In this document: positions 48,561-64,000 of the stretch, one piece after another
How positions within the stretch are numbered: position 1 is the first letter of the stretch
Layout of the letters: each line of letters begins with the position of its first letter
Origin: a phage
Sequence record: PZ445521.1
Reading direction: 5' to 3' (one strand)
DNA length: 64,000 nucleotides
Notes under the pieces: generated by a model
The model's input: only the letters and a program-made list of their open reading frames with translations
The model's database searches: none
Told to the model about the DNA's origin: nothing
Made by a program: the position numbers and the translations under genes

Positions 48561-51500
48561 CAGTAAAAGCACCTTCAGTCACTAGTCTCAGAATTTCCAA
48601 GTTATCCGCAAATCAGGTGCAAGTACGCTGGGATGACGTTGGTGCTAATTTCTACTATTTTGTAGAAATCGCTGAGACAAAAACAAACTCGGGGGAAAAA
48701 CTCCCGAGTAATCAATATCGTTGGATTAATTTAGGATATACTGCAAATAACAGCTTCTTTTTTGATGATGCTGATCCATTGACATCATACATTATCAGAG
48801 TAGCTACAGCTGCGCAAGATTTTGAGCAGTCTGATTGGATTTATACCGAAGAGTTTGAAACTTTTGCTACAAATGCTTATACATTTCAAAACATGATTGA
48901 AATGCAATTAGCCAATAAATTCATTCAGGAAAAATTTACTCTTAATAATTCTGATTATGTTAATTTTAATAATGACACTATAATGGCTGCATTGATGAAT
49001 GAATCATTTCAATTCAGCCCATCGTATGTTGATGTTTCATCAATAAGTAATTTTATTATTGGTGAAAATGAGTATCATGAAATACAAGGTTCTATTCAGC
49101 AAGTATGTAAGGATATTAACCGAGTTTATTTGATGGAATCAGAAGGAATTCTATATCTTTTTGAGCGCTATCAACCTGTAGTTAAAGTATCTAATGATAA
49201 AGGACAAACCTGGAAAGCTGTAAAGCTCTTCAATGACCGTGTAGGATATCCTTTATCTAAGACAGTATATTACCAATCTGCGAACACAACATACGTTCTA
49301 GGATACGGCAAGATTTTCTATGGCCGCAAATCTACTGATGTTAGATGGTCAGCCGATGATGTCAGATTTAGTTCTCAGGATATAACATTTGCTAAACTTG
49401 GCGACCAACTTCATTTAGGATTTGATGTAGAAATTTTTGCCACTTACGCGACTTTGCCAGCGAATGTATACCGCATTGCAGAAGCTATTACTTGCACCGA
49501 TGATTACATTTACGTTGTCGCCAGAGACAAAGTTAGATACATAAAAACGAGTAATGCACCTATAGATTCTGATCCATTATCTCCAACATATTCGGAAAGA
49601 CTTTTTGAACCTGATACTATGACTATAACCGGAAATCCTAAAGCGGTATGCTATAAAATGGATTCTATCGGTGATAAAGTTTTTGCTCTTATTATTGGTG
49701 AAGTTGAAACATTAAATGCTAATCCTAGAACATCAAAAATAATTGATTCCGCTGATAAAGGAATATATGTTTTAAATCATGACGAAAAAACATGGAAAAG
49801 AGTTTTTGGTAATACCGAAGAAGAAAGAAGACGTATTCAACCCGGATATGCGAATATGTCAACTGATGGTAAATTAGTTTCTCTGTCTTCGAGTAATTTT
49901 AAATTTTTAAGTGATAACGTTGTTAATGACCCTGAAACTGCTGTAAAATACCAGTTAATCGGTGCTGTTAAATATGAATTTCCTCGTGAATGGTTAGCTG
50001 ATAAACATTATCATATGATGGCGTTTATAGCGGATGAAAAATCTGATTGGGAGACTTTTACTCCTCAACCGATGAAATACTACGCAGAACCGTTCTTTAA
50101 TTGGTCTAAAAAATCTAACACTCGTTGTTGGATAAACAACTCTGATAAAGCTGTAGTAGTTTATGCTGATTTAAAATACACTAAAGTTATAGAAAATATT
50201 CCGGAAACATCACCAGATAGATTAGTTCATGAATACTGGGATGATGGCGATTGTACTATAGTAATGCCAAATGTTAAATTCACTGGATTTAAAAAATATG
50301 CATCTGGGATGCTTTTCTATAAAGCCTCTGGTGAAATAATTTCTTACTATGATTTTAACTATCGCGTGAGAGATACAGTAGAAATTATTTGGAAGCCAAC
50401 TGAAGTATTTTTAAAAGCATTTTTACAAAACCAAGAGCATGAAACTCCTTGGTCGCCTGAAGAAGAGCGTGGATTGGCTGACCCTGATTTAAGACCATTG
50501 ATTGGCACAATGATGCCTGATTCTTATTTGTTGCAGGATTCGAATTTTGAGGCATTTTGCGAAGCATATATTCAGTATCTTTCTGATGGATATGGAACTC
50601 AGTATAACAATTTACGAAATTTAATTCGTAACAAATATCCACGAGAAGAGCATGCATGGGAATATTTGTGGTCAGAGATATATAAAAGAAACATTTATTT
50701 AAATGCTGACAAACGTGATGCTGTTGCAAGATTTTTCGAATCACGTAGCTATGATTTTTATTCTACTAAAGGAATTGAAGCATCATACAAATTTCTTTTT
50801 AAAGTTCTTTATAATGAAGAAGTCGAAATTGAAATTGAATCGGGAGCAGGTACTGAATATGATGTAATCATTCAATCTGATTCTCTTACAGAAGATTTAG
50901 TAGGACAGACTATCTATACTGCAACCGGAAGATGCAATGTTACTTATATAGAAAGAAGTTATTCTAATGGTAAATTGCAATGGACCGTGACTATACATAA
51001 TCTTTTGGGGCGTTTAATAGCAGGGCAAGAAGTTAAAGCAGAAAGACTTCCAGGTTTTGAAGGCGAAATTATTCGTGGGGTTAAAGGAAAGGATTTGCTT
51101 CAAAATAATATAGACTATATTAATAGAAGTCGATCATATTATGTAATGAAAATTAAATCCAATTTACCTTCTTCTCGTTGGAAATCTGACGTTATTCGTT
51201 TTGTTCATCCAGTAGGATTTGGATTTATAGCAATTACACTTTTAACAATGTTTATTAATGTTGGTTTAACTCTTAAACATACAGAGACTATAATTAATAA
51301 ATACAAAAACTATAAATGGGATTCTGGATTGCCTACTGAATATGCTGATAGAGTAGCTAAATTGACTCCAACTGGTGAAATTGAGCATGATTCGGTAACA
51401 GGCGAAGCAATTTATGAGCCTGGTCCAATGGCTGGTGTAGAATATCCTCTTCCTGATGACTATAATGCTGAAAATAACAATTCAATATTTCAAGGTCAAT

Positions 51501-51655
51501 TGCCGTCTGAACGACGTAAATTAATGAGTCCTTTATTTGATGCATCTGGAACAACATTTGCGCAATTTAGAGATTTAGTTAATAAACGTCTAAAAGATAA
51601 TATAGGAAATCCAAGAGACCCTGAAAATCCAACACAGGTTAAAATAGATGAATGA
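48557..51655 (+). CDS. 7: Baseplate wedge protein gp7
   Basis: 1032 aa; T4 gp7 size and order. Confidence 0.85.
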   Translation: MTVKAPSVTSLRISKLSANQVQVRWDDVGANFYYFVEIAETKTNSGEKLPSNQYRWINLGYTANNSFFFDDADPLTSYIIRVATAAQDFEQSDWIYTEEFETFATNAYTFQNMIEMQLANKFIQEKFTLNNSDYVNFNNDTIMAALMNESFQFSPSYVDVSSISNFIIGENEYHEIQGSIQQVCKDINRVYLMESEGILYLFERYQPVVKVSNDKGQTWKAVKLFNDRVGYPLSKTVYYQSANTTYVLGYGKIFYGRKSTDVRWSADDVRFSSQDITFAKLGDQLHLGFDVEIFATYATLPANVYRIAEAITCTDDYIYVVARDKVRYIKTSNAPIDSDPLSPTYSERLFEPDTMTITGNPKAVCYKMDSIGDKVFALIIGEVETLNANPRTSKIIDSADKGIYVLNHDEKTWKRVFGNTEEERRRIQPGYANMSTDGKLVSLSSSNFKFLSDNVVNDPETAVKYQLIGAVKYEFPREWLADKHYHMMAFIADEKSDWETFTPQPMKYYAEPFFNWSKKSNTRCWINNSDKAVVVYADLKYTKVIENIPETSPDRLVHEYWDDGDCTIVMPNVKFTGFKKYASGMLFYKASGEIISYYDFNYRVRDTVEIIWKPTEVFLKAFLQNQEHETPWSPEEERGLADPDLRPLIGTMMPDSYLLQDSNFEAFCEAYIQYLSDGYGTQYNNLRNLIRNKYPREEHAWEYLWSEIYKRNIYLNADKRDAVARFFESRSYDFYSTKGIEASYKFLFKVLYNEEVEIEIESGAGTEYDVIIQSDSLTEDLVGQTIYTATGRCNVTYIERSYSNGKLQWTVTIHNLLGRLIAGQEVKAERLPGFEGEIIRGVKGKDLLQNNIDYINRSRSYYVMKIKSNLPSSRWKSDVIRFVHPVGFGFIAITLLTMFINVGLTLKHTETIINKYKNYKWDSGLPTEYADRVAKLTPTGEIEHDSVTGEAIYEPGPMAGVEYPLPDDYNAENNNSIFQGQLPSERRKLMSPLFDASGTTFAQFRDLVNKRLKDNIGNPRDPENPTQVKIDE

Positions 51656-52652
51656 TTCAAGTGTTATCTATCGTGCGATAGTTACTTCAAAATTTAGAAC
51701 AGAAAAAATGTTGAATTTTTATAATTCAATTGGAAGTGGTCCGGATAAAAACACTATCTTTATCACATTTGGAAGATCAGAACCGTGGTCATCAAATGAA
51801 AATGAGGTGGGCTTTGCCCCACCTTATCCTACCGATTCTGTATTAGGTGTAACTGACATGTGGACTCATATGATGGGAACAGTAAAAGTTCTTCCATCAA
51901 TGCTTGATGCTGTTATTCCTCGCAGAGATTGGGGAGATACTAGATATCCGGATCCATACACATTTAGAATTAACGATATTGTAGTGTGTAACTCAGCTCC
52001 TTACAACGCTACTGAATCAGGCGCAGGCTGGTTAGTATATCGTTGTTTAGATGTTCCTGATACCGGAATGTGTTCAATCGCATCTTTAACTGATAAGGAT
52101 GAATGCCTTAAGTTAGGTGGAAAATGGACTCCTTCTGCTAGGTCAATGACTCCTCCTGAAGGTCGAGGAGATGCTGAAGGAACAATTGAACCTGGGGACG
52201 GATATGTTTGGGAATATCTATTTGAGATTCCGCCTGATGTATCTATAAATAGATGCACGAATGAATATATCGTGGTTCCTTGGCCTGAGGAATTAAAAGA
52301 AGACCCGACTAGATGGGGGTATGAAGATAATCTCACTTGGCAGCAAGATGATTTTGGATTAATTTACCGTGTTAAGGCAAATACTATCCGTTTTAAAGCA
52401 TATTTAGATTCAGTTTATTTTCCTGAAGCTGCATTGCCGGGAAATAAAGGATTTAGACAAATATCAATAATTACGAATCCTCTTGAAGCTAAAGCTCATC
52501 CAAATGACCCAAATGTTAAAGCTGAAAAGGATTATTATGATCCGGAAGATTTAATGAGGCATTCGGGCGAAATGATTTATATGGAAAATAGGCCACCTAT
52601 TATTATGGCAATGGATCAGACAGAAGAAATCAATATTCTGTTTACATTTTAA
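51648..52652 (+). CDS. 8: Baseplate wedge protein gp8
   Basis: 334 aa; T4 gp8 size and order. Confidence 0.85.
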   Translation: MNDSSVIYRAIVTSKFRTEKMLNFYNSIGSGPDKNTIFITFGRSEPWSSNENEVGFAPPYPTDSVLGVTDMWTHMMGTVKVLPSMLDAVIPRRDWGDTRYPDPYTFRINDIVVCNSAPYNATESGAGWLVYRCLDVPDTGMCSIASLTDKDECLKLGGKWTPSARSMTPPEGRGDAEGTIEPGDGYVWEYLFEIPPDVSINRCTNEYIVVPWPEELKEDPTRWGYEDNLTWQQDDFGLIYRVKANTIRFKAYLDSVYFPEAALPGNKGFRQISIITNPLEAKAHPNDPNVKAEKDYYDPEDLMRHSGEMIYMENRPPIIMAMDQTEEINILFTF

Positions 52653-52657
52653 ATTAA

Positions 52658-52680
52658 GGGAGCCCATGGGCTCCCTTTTT
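52658..52680 (+). terminator. intrinsic terminator after gene 8
   Basis: gggagccc/gggctccc palindrome followed by TTTTT. Confidence 0.65.
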
Positions 52681-52683
52681 CTT

Positions 52684-52691
52684 TATAAATA
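52684..52691 (+). promoter_or_regulatory. late promoter motif TATAAATA (for gene 9)
   Basis: exact TATAAATA 25 nt upstream of gene 9 ATG. Confidence 0.6.
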
Positions 52692-52715
52692 CTATAAACT
52701 CATAAGGAAACCGCT

Positions 52716-53582
52716 ATGTTCATTCAAGAACCAAAGAAATTGATTGATACCGGCGAAATTGGTAACGCTTCTACTGGTGATATCTTATTCGACGGTGGTA
52801 ATAAAATTAATAGTGATTTTAACGCAATTTATAATGCGTTTGGCGATCAACGTAAAATGGCAGTAGCAAATGGCACCGGAGCAGATGGTCAAATTATCCA
52901 TGCTACTGGATATTATCAAAAACACTCTATTGCAGAGTATGCAACTCCAGTAAAAGTTGGCACTAGGCATGATATTGATACCTCTACTGTAGGTGTTAAA
53001 GTTATCATTGAAAGAGGCGAACTCGGCGATTGTGTTGAATTCATTAACTCTAATGGATCAATATCAGTTACTAATCCTTTGACAATTCAAGCTATTGATT
53101 CAATTAAAGGTGTTTCAGGTAATTTAGTAGTAACTAGCCCATATAGTAAAGTAACTTTACGCTGTATTTCATCTGATAATTCTACATCGGTTTGGAATTA
53201 TTCTATTGAAAGTATGTTTGGGCAAAAGGAATCACCAGCTGAAGGTACATGGAATATTTCTACGTCCGGATCAGTTGACATTCCATTATTTCATCGCACT
53301 GAATACAATATGGCTAAATTGCTAGTTACGTGCCAATCGGTAGATGGAAGAAAAATTAAAACAGCAGAAATAAATATTCTTGTGGATACTGTTAATTCAG
53401 AGGTCATTTCTTCTGAATATGCTGTCATGCGAGTTGGGAATGAAACCGAAGAAGACGAAATCGCTAATATTGCATTTAGTATTAAAGAAAACTATGTAAC
53501 GGCGACTATAAGTTCTTCAACTGTCGGTATGAGAGCAGCAGTTAAAGTTATCGCTACGCAGAAAATCGGGGTGGCTCAATAA
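52716..53582 (+). CDS. 9: Baseplate protein gp9 (long tail fibre socket)
   Basis: 288 aa; T4 gp9 size and order. Confidence 0.85.
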   Translation: MFIQEPKKLIDTGEIGNASTGDILFDGGNKINSDFNAIYNAFGDQRKMAVANGTGADGQIIHATGYYQKHSIAEYATPVKVGTRHDIDTSTVGVKVIIERGELGDCVEFINSNGSISVTNPLTIQAIDSIKGVSGNLVVTSPYSKVTLRCISSDNSTSVWNYSIESMFGQKESPAEGTWNISTSGSVDIPLFHRTEYNMAKLLVTCQSVDGRKIKTAEINILVDTVNSEVISSEYAVMRVGNETEEDEIANIAFSIKENYVTATISSSTVGMRAAVKVIATQKIGVAQ

Positions 53583-55390
53583 TGAAACAAAATATTAATA
53601 TCGGTAATGTTGTAGATGATGGTACCGGTGACTACCTGCGTAAAGGTGGTATAAAAATAAATGAAAACTTTGATGAGCTTTATTATGAACTCGGTGATGG
53701 TGATGTTCCATATTCAGCTGGTGCCTGGAAAACTTATAATGCTTCATCAGGACAAACATTAACAGCAGAATGGGGAAAATCATACGCTATTAATACATCT
53801 TCTGGAAGAGTGACTATAAATCTTCCAAAGGGTACAGTTAATGATTACAACAAGGTAATTAGAGCTAGAGACGTATTTGCTACATGGAACGTCAACCCAG
53901 TTACACTAGTAGCTGCTTCCGGCGATACGATTAAAGGGTCTGCAGTACCAGTTGAAATTAATGTTCAATTCAGCGATTTAGAACTAGTGTATTGTGCCCC
54001 AGGACGTTGGGAATATGTCAAAAATAAACAAATTGACAAAATTACCAGTTCAGACATTAGTAATGTAGCTCGTAAAGAATTTTTAGTCGAAGTCCAAGGA
54101 CAAACAGACTTTTTAGATGTTTTCCGTGGAACCAGTTATAATGTAAATAACATCAGAGTAAAACATCGTGGTAACGAATTGTATTACGGCGATGTGTTTA
54201 GCGAAAACAGCGATTTTGGCTCTCCGGGCGAAAATGAAGGAGAACTAGTTCCTCTTGATGGATTTAATATTCGATTAAGACAGCCTTGTAATATTGGTGA
54301 CACTGTTCAAATTGAAACATTTATGGATGGTGTATCGCAGTGGAGAAGTTCATATACAAGACGTCAAATTAGATTGTTAGATTCAAAATTAACGTCAAAA
54401 ACTTCTTTAGAAGGAAGCATTTACGTTACTGATTTATCAACAATGAAATCAATTCCATTTTCTGCTTTTGGATTAATTCCAGGAGAACCTATTAATCCTA
54501 ACTCTCTTGAGGTTCGTTTTAATGGAATTTTGCAGGAATTGGCTGGCACAGTTGGAATGCCATTATTTCATTGTGTTGGTGCCGATTCAGACGATGAAGT
54601 AGAATGCTCTGTTTTAGGTGGAACTTGGGAACAATCTCATACCGATTATTCAATTGAAACTGATGAAAACGGCATACCGGAAATTTTACATTTCGATAGA
54701 GTATTTGAGCATGGTGACATTATCAATATCACCTGGTTTAATAATGATTTGGGTACATTATTAACGAAAGATGAGATTATTGATGAAACTGATAATCTCT
54801 ATGTATCGCAAGGACCAGGGGTAGATATTTCAGGTGATGTAAATTTAACAGACTTCGATAAAATTGGTTGGCCAAATGTAGAAGCAGTTCAATCTTATCA
54901 ACGCGAATTTAATGCTGTTTCAAATATCTTTGATACGATTTATCCTATTGGAACTATATATGAAAACGCTGTTAATCCAAACAACCCTGTTACATATATG
55001 GGATTCGGCTCATGGAAATTATTTGGGCAAGGAAAAGTTTTAGTTGGATGGAATGAAGATATTTCGGATCCGAATTTTGCTCTAAATAACAACGATTTAG
55101 ATTCTGGCGGAAATCCTTCGCATACTGCAGGTGGAACAGGTGGTTCTACTTCTGTTACATTGGAAAATGCTAATCTTCCTGCAACTGAAACAGATGAAGA
55201 AGTTCTAATAGTTGATGAAAATGGATCAGTCATTGTTGGTGGGTGTCAATACGATCCAGATGAATCCGGTCCAATTTACACTAAATACCGTGAAGCTAAA
55301 GCATCTACTAACTCTACTCACACTCCGCCAACATCAATAACTAACATTCAACCATATATTACAGTTTATCGTTGGATAAGGATTGCATAA
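53582..55390 (+). CDS. 10: Baseplate wedge protein gp10
   Basis: 602 aa; T4 gp10 size and order. Confidence 0.85.
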   Translation: MKQNINIGNVVDDGTGDYLRKGGIKINENFDELYYELGDGDVPYSAGAWKTYNASSGQTLTAEWGKSYAINTSSGRVTINLPKGTVNDYNKVIRARDVFATWNVNPVTLVAASGDTIKGSAVPVEINVQFSDLELVYCAPGRWEYVKNKQIDKITSSDISNVARKEFLVEVQGQTDFLDVFRGTSYNVNNIRVKHRGNELYYGDVFSENSDFGSPGENEGELVPLDGFNIRLRQPCNIGDTVQIETFMDGVSQWRSSYTRRQIRLLDSKLTSKTSLEGSIYVTDLSTMKSIPFSAFGLIPGEPINPNSLEVRFNGILQELAGTVGMPLFHCVGADSDDEVECSVLGGTWEQSHTDYSIETDENGIPEILHFDRVFEHGDIINITWFNNDLGTLLTKDEIIDETDNLYVSQGPGVDISGDVNLTDFDKIGWPNVEAVQSYQREFNAVSNIFDTIYPIGTIYENAVNPNNPVTYMGFGSWKLFGQGKVLVGWNEDISDPNFALNNNDLDSGGNPSHTAGGTGGSTSVTLENANLPATETDEEVLIVDENGSVIVGGCQYDPDESGPIYTKYREAKASTNSTHTPPTSITNIQPYITVYRWIRIA

Positions 55391-56049
55391 TGAGTTTACT
55401 TAATAATAAAGCGGGAGTTATTTCCCGCTTAGCCGATTTTCTTGGTTTTAGACCTAAAGCTGGTAATATAGATGTAATGAATCGTCAATCAGTTGGGTCA
55501 GTGACAATTTCTCAATTAGCGAAAGGTTTTTATGAACCAAACGTAGAATCAGCTATTAATGATGTTCATAATTTTTCTATAAAAGACATTGGTACAATTA
55601 TTACTAATAAAACTGGTGTTTCTCCTGAGGGTGTTTCTCAAACTGATTATTGGGCATTTTCTGGAACTGTAACAGACGATTCTCTTCCTCCGGGTTCTCC
55701 TGTTACAGTATTAGTATTTGGTCTTCCAGTTTCAGCAACAACTGGAATGACGGCAATTGAGTTTGTTGCAAAAGTTCGTGTTGCCCTTCAAGAAGCTATT
55801 GCGTCATTTACTGCTATCAACTCATATAAAGACCATCCGACAGATGGTAGTAAATTAGAAGTTACTTATTTAGATAATCAAAAACATGTATTAAGCACAT
55901 ATTCTACATATGGAATAACTATTTCACAGGAAATTATTTCTGAATCTAAACCTGGCTATGGTACATGGAATTTATTAGGCGCACAAACTGTAACTTTAGA
56001 TAATCAGCAGACTCCTACAGTACTTTATCATTTTGAGAGAACAGCATGA
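55390..56049 (+). CDS. 11: Baseplate protein gp11 (short tail fibre attachment)
   Basis: ORF 55372..56049; start at MSLLNNKAG (TAATG overlap with gp10 stop) gives 219 aa. Confidence 0.85.
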   Translation: MSLLNNKAGVISRLADFLGFRPKAGNIDVMNRQSVGSVTISQLAKGFYEPNVESAINDVHNFSIKDIGTIITNKTGVSPEGVSQTDYWAFSGTVTDDSLPPGSPVTVLVFGLPVSATTGMTAIEFVAKVRVALQEAIASFTAINSYKDHPTDGSKLEVTYLDNQKHVLSTYSTYGITISQEIISESKPGYGTWNLLGAQTVTLDNQQTPTVLYHFERTA

Positions 56050-57629
56050 GTAATAATACATATCAACACGTTTCTAATGAATCTCGTTATGTAAAATTTG
56101 ATCCAACTGGTACAAATTTTCCGGAAGAGATTACTGATGTTCAGGCTGCTATAGCAGCCATTTCTCCTGCTGGCGTAAATGGAGTTCCTGATGCATCGTC
56201 AACAACAAAGGGAATTTTATTTCTTGCCACTGAACAGGAAGTTATAGATGGAACTAATAATACCAAAGCAGTTACACCAGCAACGTTGGCAACAAGATTA
56301 TCATATCCAAATGCTACCGAAGAAGTTTATGGACTTACACGTTATTCAACAGACGATGAAGCTGTAGCTGGTGTTAATAATGAATCATCTATAACTCCGG
56401 CTAAATTTACTACAGCAATTAATCACATTTTTGATACACGAATTTCTTCTGAAAGTTCACTTGGCGTTATTAAGTTATCATCTCTACCGCAAGCATTAGC
56501 TGGTGCAGATGATACTACTGCAATGACTCCATTAAAAACGCAGCAGTTAGCTATTAAATTAATTGCGCAAATTGCTCCTTCTGAAACCACAGCTACCGAA
56601 TCGGACCAAGGTGTTGTTCAATTAGCAACAGTAGCGCAGGTTCGTCAGGGAACTTTAAGAGAAGGCTATGCAATTTCTCCTTATACGTTTATGAATTCAT
56701 CTGCTACTGAAGAATATAAAGGCGTAATTAAATTAGGAACACAATCAGAAGTTAACTCGAATAATGCTTCTGTTGCTGTTACTGGTGCAACTCTTAATGG
56801 TCGTGGTTCTACAACGTCAATGAGAGGCGTAGTTAAATTAACTACAACTGCCGGCTCACAGAGTGGAGGTGATGCTTCATCAGCACTAGCTTGGAATGCT
56901 GACGTTATCCATCAAAGAGGCGGTCAAACTATTAATGGAACACTCCGCATTAATAACACGCTTACAATAGCTTCAGGTGGAGCAAATATTACCGGAACAG
57001 TTAACATGACCGGTGGTTATATTCAAGGTAAGCGTGTCGTAACACAAAATGAAATTGATAGAACTATTCCTGTCGGAGCTATTATGATGTGGGCCGCTGA
57101 TAGTCTTCCTAGTGATGCTTGGCGTTTTTGTCATGGCGGAACTGTTTCAGCATCAGATTGTCCATTATATGCTTCTAGAATTGGAACAAGATACGGCGGA
57201 AGTTCATCAAATCCTGGATTACCTGATATGCGCGGTCTTTTTGTTCGCGGCTCTGGTCGCGGCTCTCACTTAACAAATCCAAATGTTAATGGTAATGACC
57301 AGTTTGGTAAGCCTAGATTAGGTGTAGGTTGTACTGGTGGATATGTTGGTGAAGTACAGAAACAACAGATGTCTTATCATAAACATGCTGGCGGATTTGG
57401 TGAGCATGATGATTCTGGAGCATTCGGTAATACCCGTAGATCAAATTTTGTTGGTACACGTAAAGGACTTGACTGGGATAACCGTTCATACTTCACCAAT
57501 GACGGATATGAAATTGACCCGGCATCACAACGAAATTCCAAATATACATTAAATCGTCCTGAATTAATTGGAAATGAAACACGTCCATGGAACATTTCTT
57601 TAAACTACATAATTAAGGTAAAAGAATGA
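56046..57629 (+). CDS. 12: Short tail fibre protein gp12
   Basis: 527 aa; repetitive beta-rich sequence; T4 gp12 size and order. Confidence 0.85.
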   Translation: MSNNTYQHVSNESRYVKFDPTGTNFPEEITDVQAAIAAISPAGVNGVPDASSTTKGILFLATEQEVIDGTNNTKAVTPATLATRLSYPNATEEVYGLTRYSTDDEAVAGVNNESSITPAKFTTAINHIFDTRISSESSLGVIKLSSLPQALAGADDTTAMTPLKTQQLAIKLIAQIAPSETTATESDQGVVQLATVAQVRQGTLREGYAISPYTFMNSSATEEYKGVIKLGTQSEVNSNNASVAVTGATLNGRGSTTSMRGVVKLTTTAGSQSGGDASSALAWNADVIHQRGGQTINGTLRINNTLTIASGGANITGTVNMTGGYIQGKRVVTQNEIDRTIPVGAIMMWAADSLPSDAWRFCHGGTVSASDCPLYASRIGTRYGGSSSNPGLPDMRGLFVRGSGRGSHLTNPNVNGNDQFGKPRLGVGCTGGYVGEVQKQQMSYHKHAGGFGEHDDSGAFGNTRRSNFVGTRKGLDWDNRSYFTNDGYEIDPASQRNSKYTLNRPELIGNETRPWNISLNYIIKVKE

Positions 57630-59089
57630 CAGATATTGTACTGAATGACTTACCATTCGTTGACGGCCCTCCTGCAGAGGGCCAGAGCCGCATTTCCTGG
57701 ATTAAAAACGGCGAAGAAATATTAGGAGCTGACACACAGTATGGAAGTGAAGGTTCAATGAATAGACCTACAGTTTCTGTACTAAGAAATGTTGAAGTTC
57801 TCGATAAAAACATTGGAATACTTAAAACATCTTTAGAAACCGCAAATAGTGATATTAAAACAATTCAGGGCATCTTAGATGTATCTGGTGATATTGAAGC
57901 TTTGGCCCAAATAAGTATCAATAAAAATGATATTTCTGACCTTAAAACGCTAACCAGTGAACATACAGAAATATTAAATGGGACTAATAGTACAGTTGAC
58001 AGCATTCTTGCTGATATTGGTCCATTTAACTCCGAGGCCAACTCTGTATACAGAACGATCAGAAATGATTTACTATGGATAAAGCGTGAACTTGGACAAT
58101 ACACAGGTCAAGATATTAATGGTCTTCCTGTTGTAGGAAATCCTAGTAGTGGAATGAAGCATCGCATTATTAATAATACTGATGTCATTACTTCACAGGG
58201 AATACGTTTAAGCGAATTAGAAACAAAATTTATTGAATCTGATGTAGGTTCTTTGACTATTGAAGTTGGTAATCTTCGCGAAGAGCTTGGACCAAAACCA
58301 CCGTCATTTTCACAGAACGTTTACAGTCGTTTAAATGAAATTGACACTAAACAGACAACAGTTGAATCTGACATTAGTGCTATTAAGACCTCAATAGGAT
58401 ATCCAGGAAATAATTCGATTATCACGAGTGTTAATACAAACACTGATAATATTGCATCTATTAATTTAGAGCTAAATCAAAGTGGAGGTATTAAACAGCG
58501 TTTAACCGTTATTGAAACTTCTATTGGATCAGATGATATTCCTTCGAGTATTAAAGGTCAAATCAAAGATAATACAACTTCAATCGAATCTCTAAATGGA
58601 ATCGTCGGTGAAAACACTTCATCTGGTTTAAGAGCGAATGTTTCGTGGTTAAACCAAATTGTTGGAACTGATTCTAGCGGTGGACAACCTTCTCCTCCTG
58701 GGTCTCTTTTAAACCGAGTTTCTACAATTGAAACTTCTGTTTCAGGCTTGAATAATGATGTTCAAAACCTACAAGTAGAGATTGGTAATAACAGCACAGG
58801 AATTAAAGGGCAAGTTGTAGCGTTAAATACTTTAGTAAATGGAACTAATCCAAACGGTTCAACTGTTGAAGAACGCGGATTAACCAATTCAATAAAAGCT
58901 AACGAAACCAACATTGCATCAGTTACACAAGAAGTGAATACAGCTAAAGGCAATATATCTTCTTTACAAGGCGATGTTCAAGCTCTCCAAGAAGCCGGTT
59001 ATATTCCTGAAGCGCCAAGAGATGGGCAAGCTTACGTTCGTAAAGACGGCGAATGGGTATTGCTTTCTACCTTTTTATCACCAGCATAA
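57626..59089 (+). CDS. wac: Fibritin (whisker antigen control)
   Basis: 487 aa; segmented coiled-coil repeats and C-terminal foldon-like [27 protein letters not shown]. Confidence 0.9.
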   Translation: MTDIVLNDLPFVDGPPAEGQSRISWIKNGEEILGADTQYGSEGSMNRPTVSVLRNVEVLDKNIGILKTSLETANSDIKTIQGILDVSGDIEALAQISINKNDISDLKTLTSEHTEILNGTNSTVDSILADIGPFNSEANSVYRTIRNDLLWIKRELGQYTGQDINGLPVVGNPSSGMKHRIINNTDVITSQGIRLSELETKFIESDVGSLTIEVGNLREELGPKPPSFSQNVYSRLNEIDTKQTTVESDISAIKTSIGYPGNNSIITSVNTNTDNIASINLELNQSGGIKQRLTVIETSIGSDDIPSSIKGQIKDNTTSIESLNGIVGENTSSGLRANVSWLNQIVGTDSSGGQPSPPGSLLNRVSTIETSVSGLNNDVQNLQVEIGNNSTGIKGQVVALNTLVNGTNPNGSTVEERGLTNSIKANETNIASVTQEVNTAKGNISSLQGDVQALQEAGYIPEAPRDGQAYVRKDGEWVLLSTFLSPA

Positions 59090-59092
59090 CAT

Positions 59093-59108
59093 GGGGCCGC
59101 AAGGCCCC
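59093..59108 (+). terminator. stem-loop (GCAA tetraloop) after wac; weak terminator or RNA-stabilising hairpin
   Basis: ggggcc-gcaa-ggcccc hairpin; no strong T-run follows. Confidence 0.35.
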
Positions 59109-59120
59109 AAAGGATTTTAA

Positions 59121-60820
<1,700 letters not shown>

Positions 60821-60822
<2 letters not shown>

Positions 60823-60828
60823 TAAATA
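60821..60828 (+). promoter_or_regulatory. possible late promoter (AATAAATA variant)
   Basis: one-mismatch TATAAATA-like octamer about 35 nt upstream of gene 15. Confidence 0.3.
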
Positions 60829-60863
60829 TTATAAACTAATTAAAGCCCAGATTAGGAGAAATC

Positions 60864-64000
<3,137 letters not shown>

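Overview
This window is a contiguous segment of a T4-like (T-even, Tequatrovirus-type) myovirus genome. All calls rest on reading the six-frame track and raw sequence by eye, using motifs, protein sizes and gene order against remembered T4 biology; no database search was run, so gene names are synteny/size/motif assignments. Positions 1..43397 are a densely packed minus-strand early/middle block: gene 46 (partial), 47, a-gt, 55, nrdH-like, nrdG, nrdD, 49, pin-like, nrdC, a large accessory island, rI.-1, rI, tk, regB, denV, lysozyme e, nudE, several internal-protein genes, an 11-tRNA cluster, 57B (Acb1-like), 57A, and genes 1, 3, 2, 4. Positions 43445..64000 are the plus-strand late structural block: 53, 5, 5.1, 5.4 (PAAR), 6-12, wac, 13-16 and 17 (partial), with TATAAATA late promoters and hairpin terminators. 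The phage is very close to T4 but not T4 itself: lysozyme differs at a few residues, nrdD is uninterrupted, no homing-endonuclease ORFs were seen, and there are 11 tRNAs (His, Asn, Tyr in addition to the T4-type set). I found no single unambiguous new system. The most interesting leads are in the accessory islands: a four-gene paralogous coiled-coil array, an orphan AAA+ ATPase, a nucleotidyltransferase/membrane-protein module, a family of membrane proteins with a shared C-terminal Cys-Arg-Lys motif, five capsid-targeting-sequence proteins, and reiterated promoter/stem-loop cassettes.
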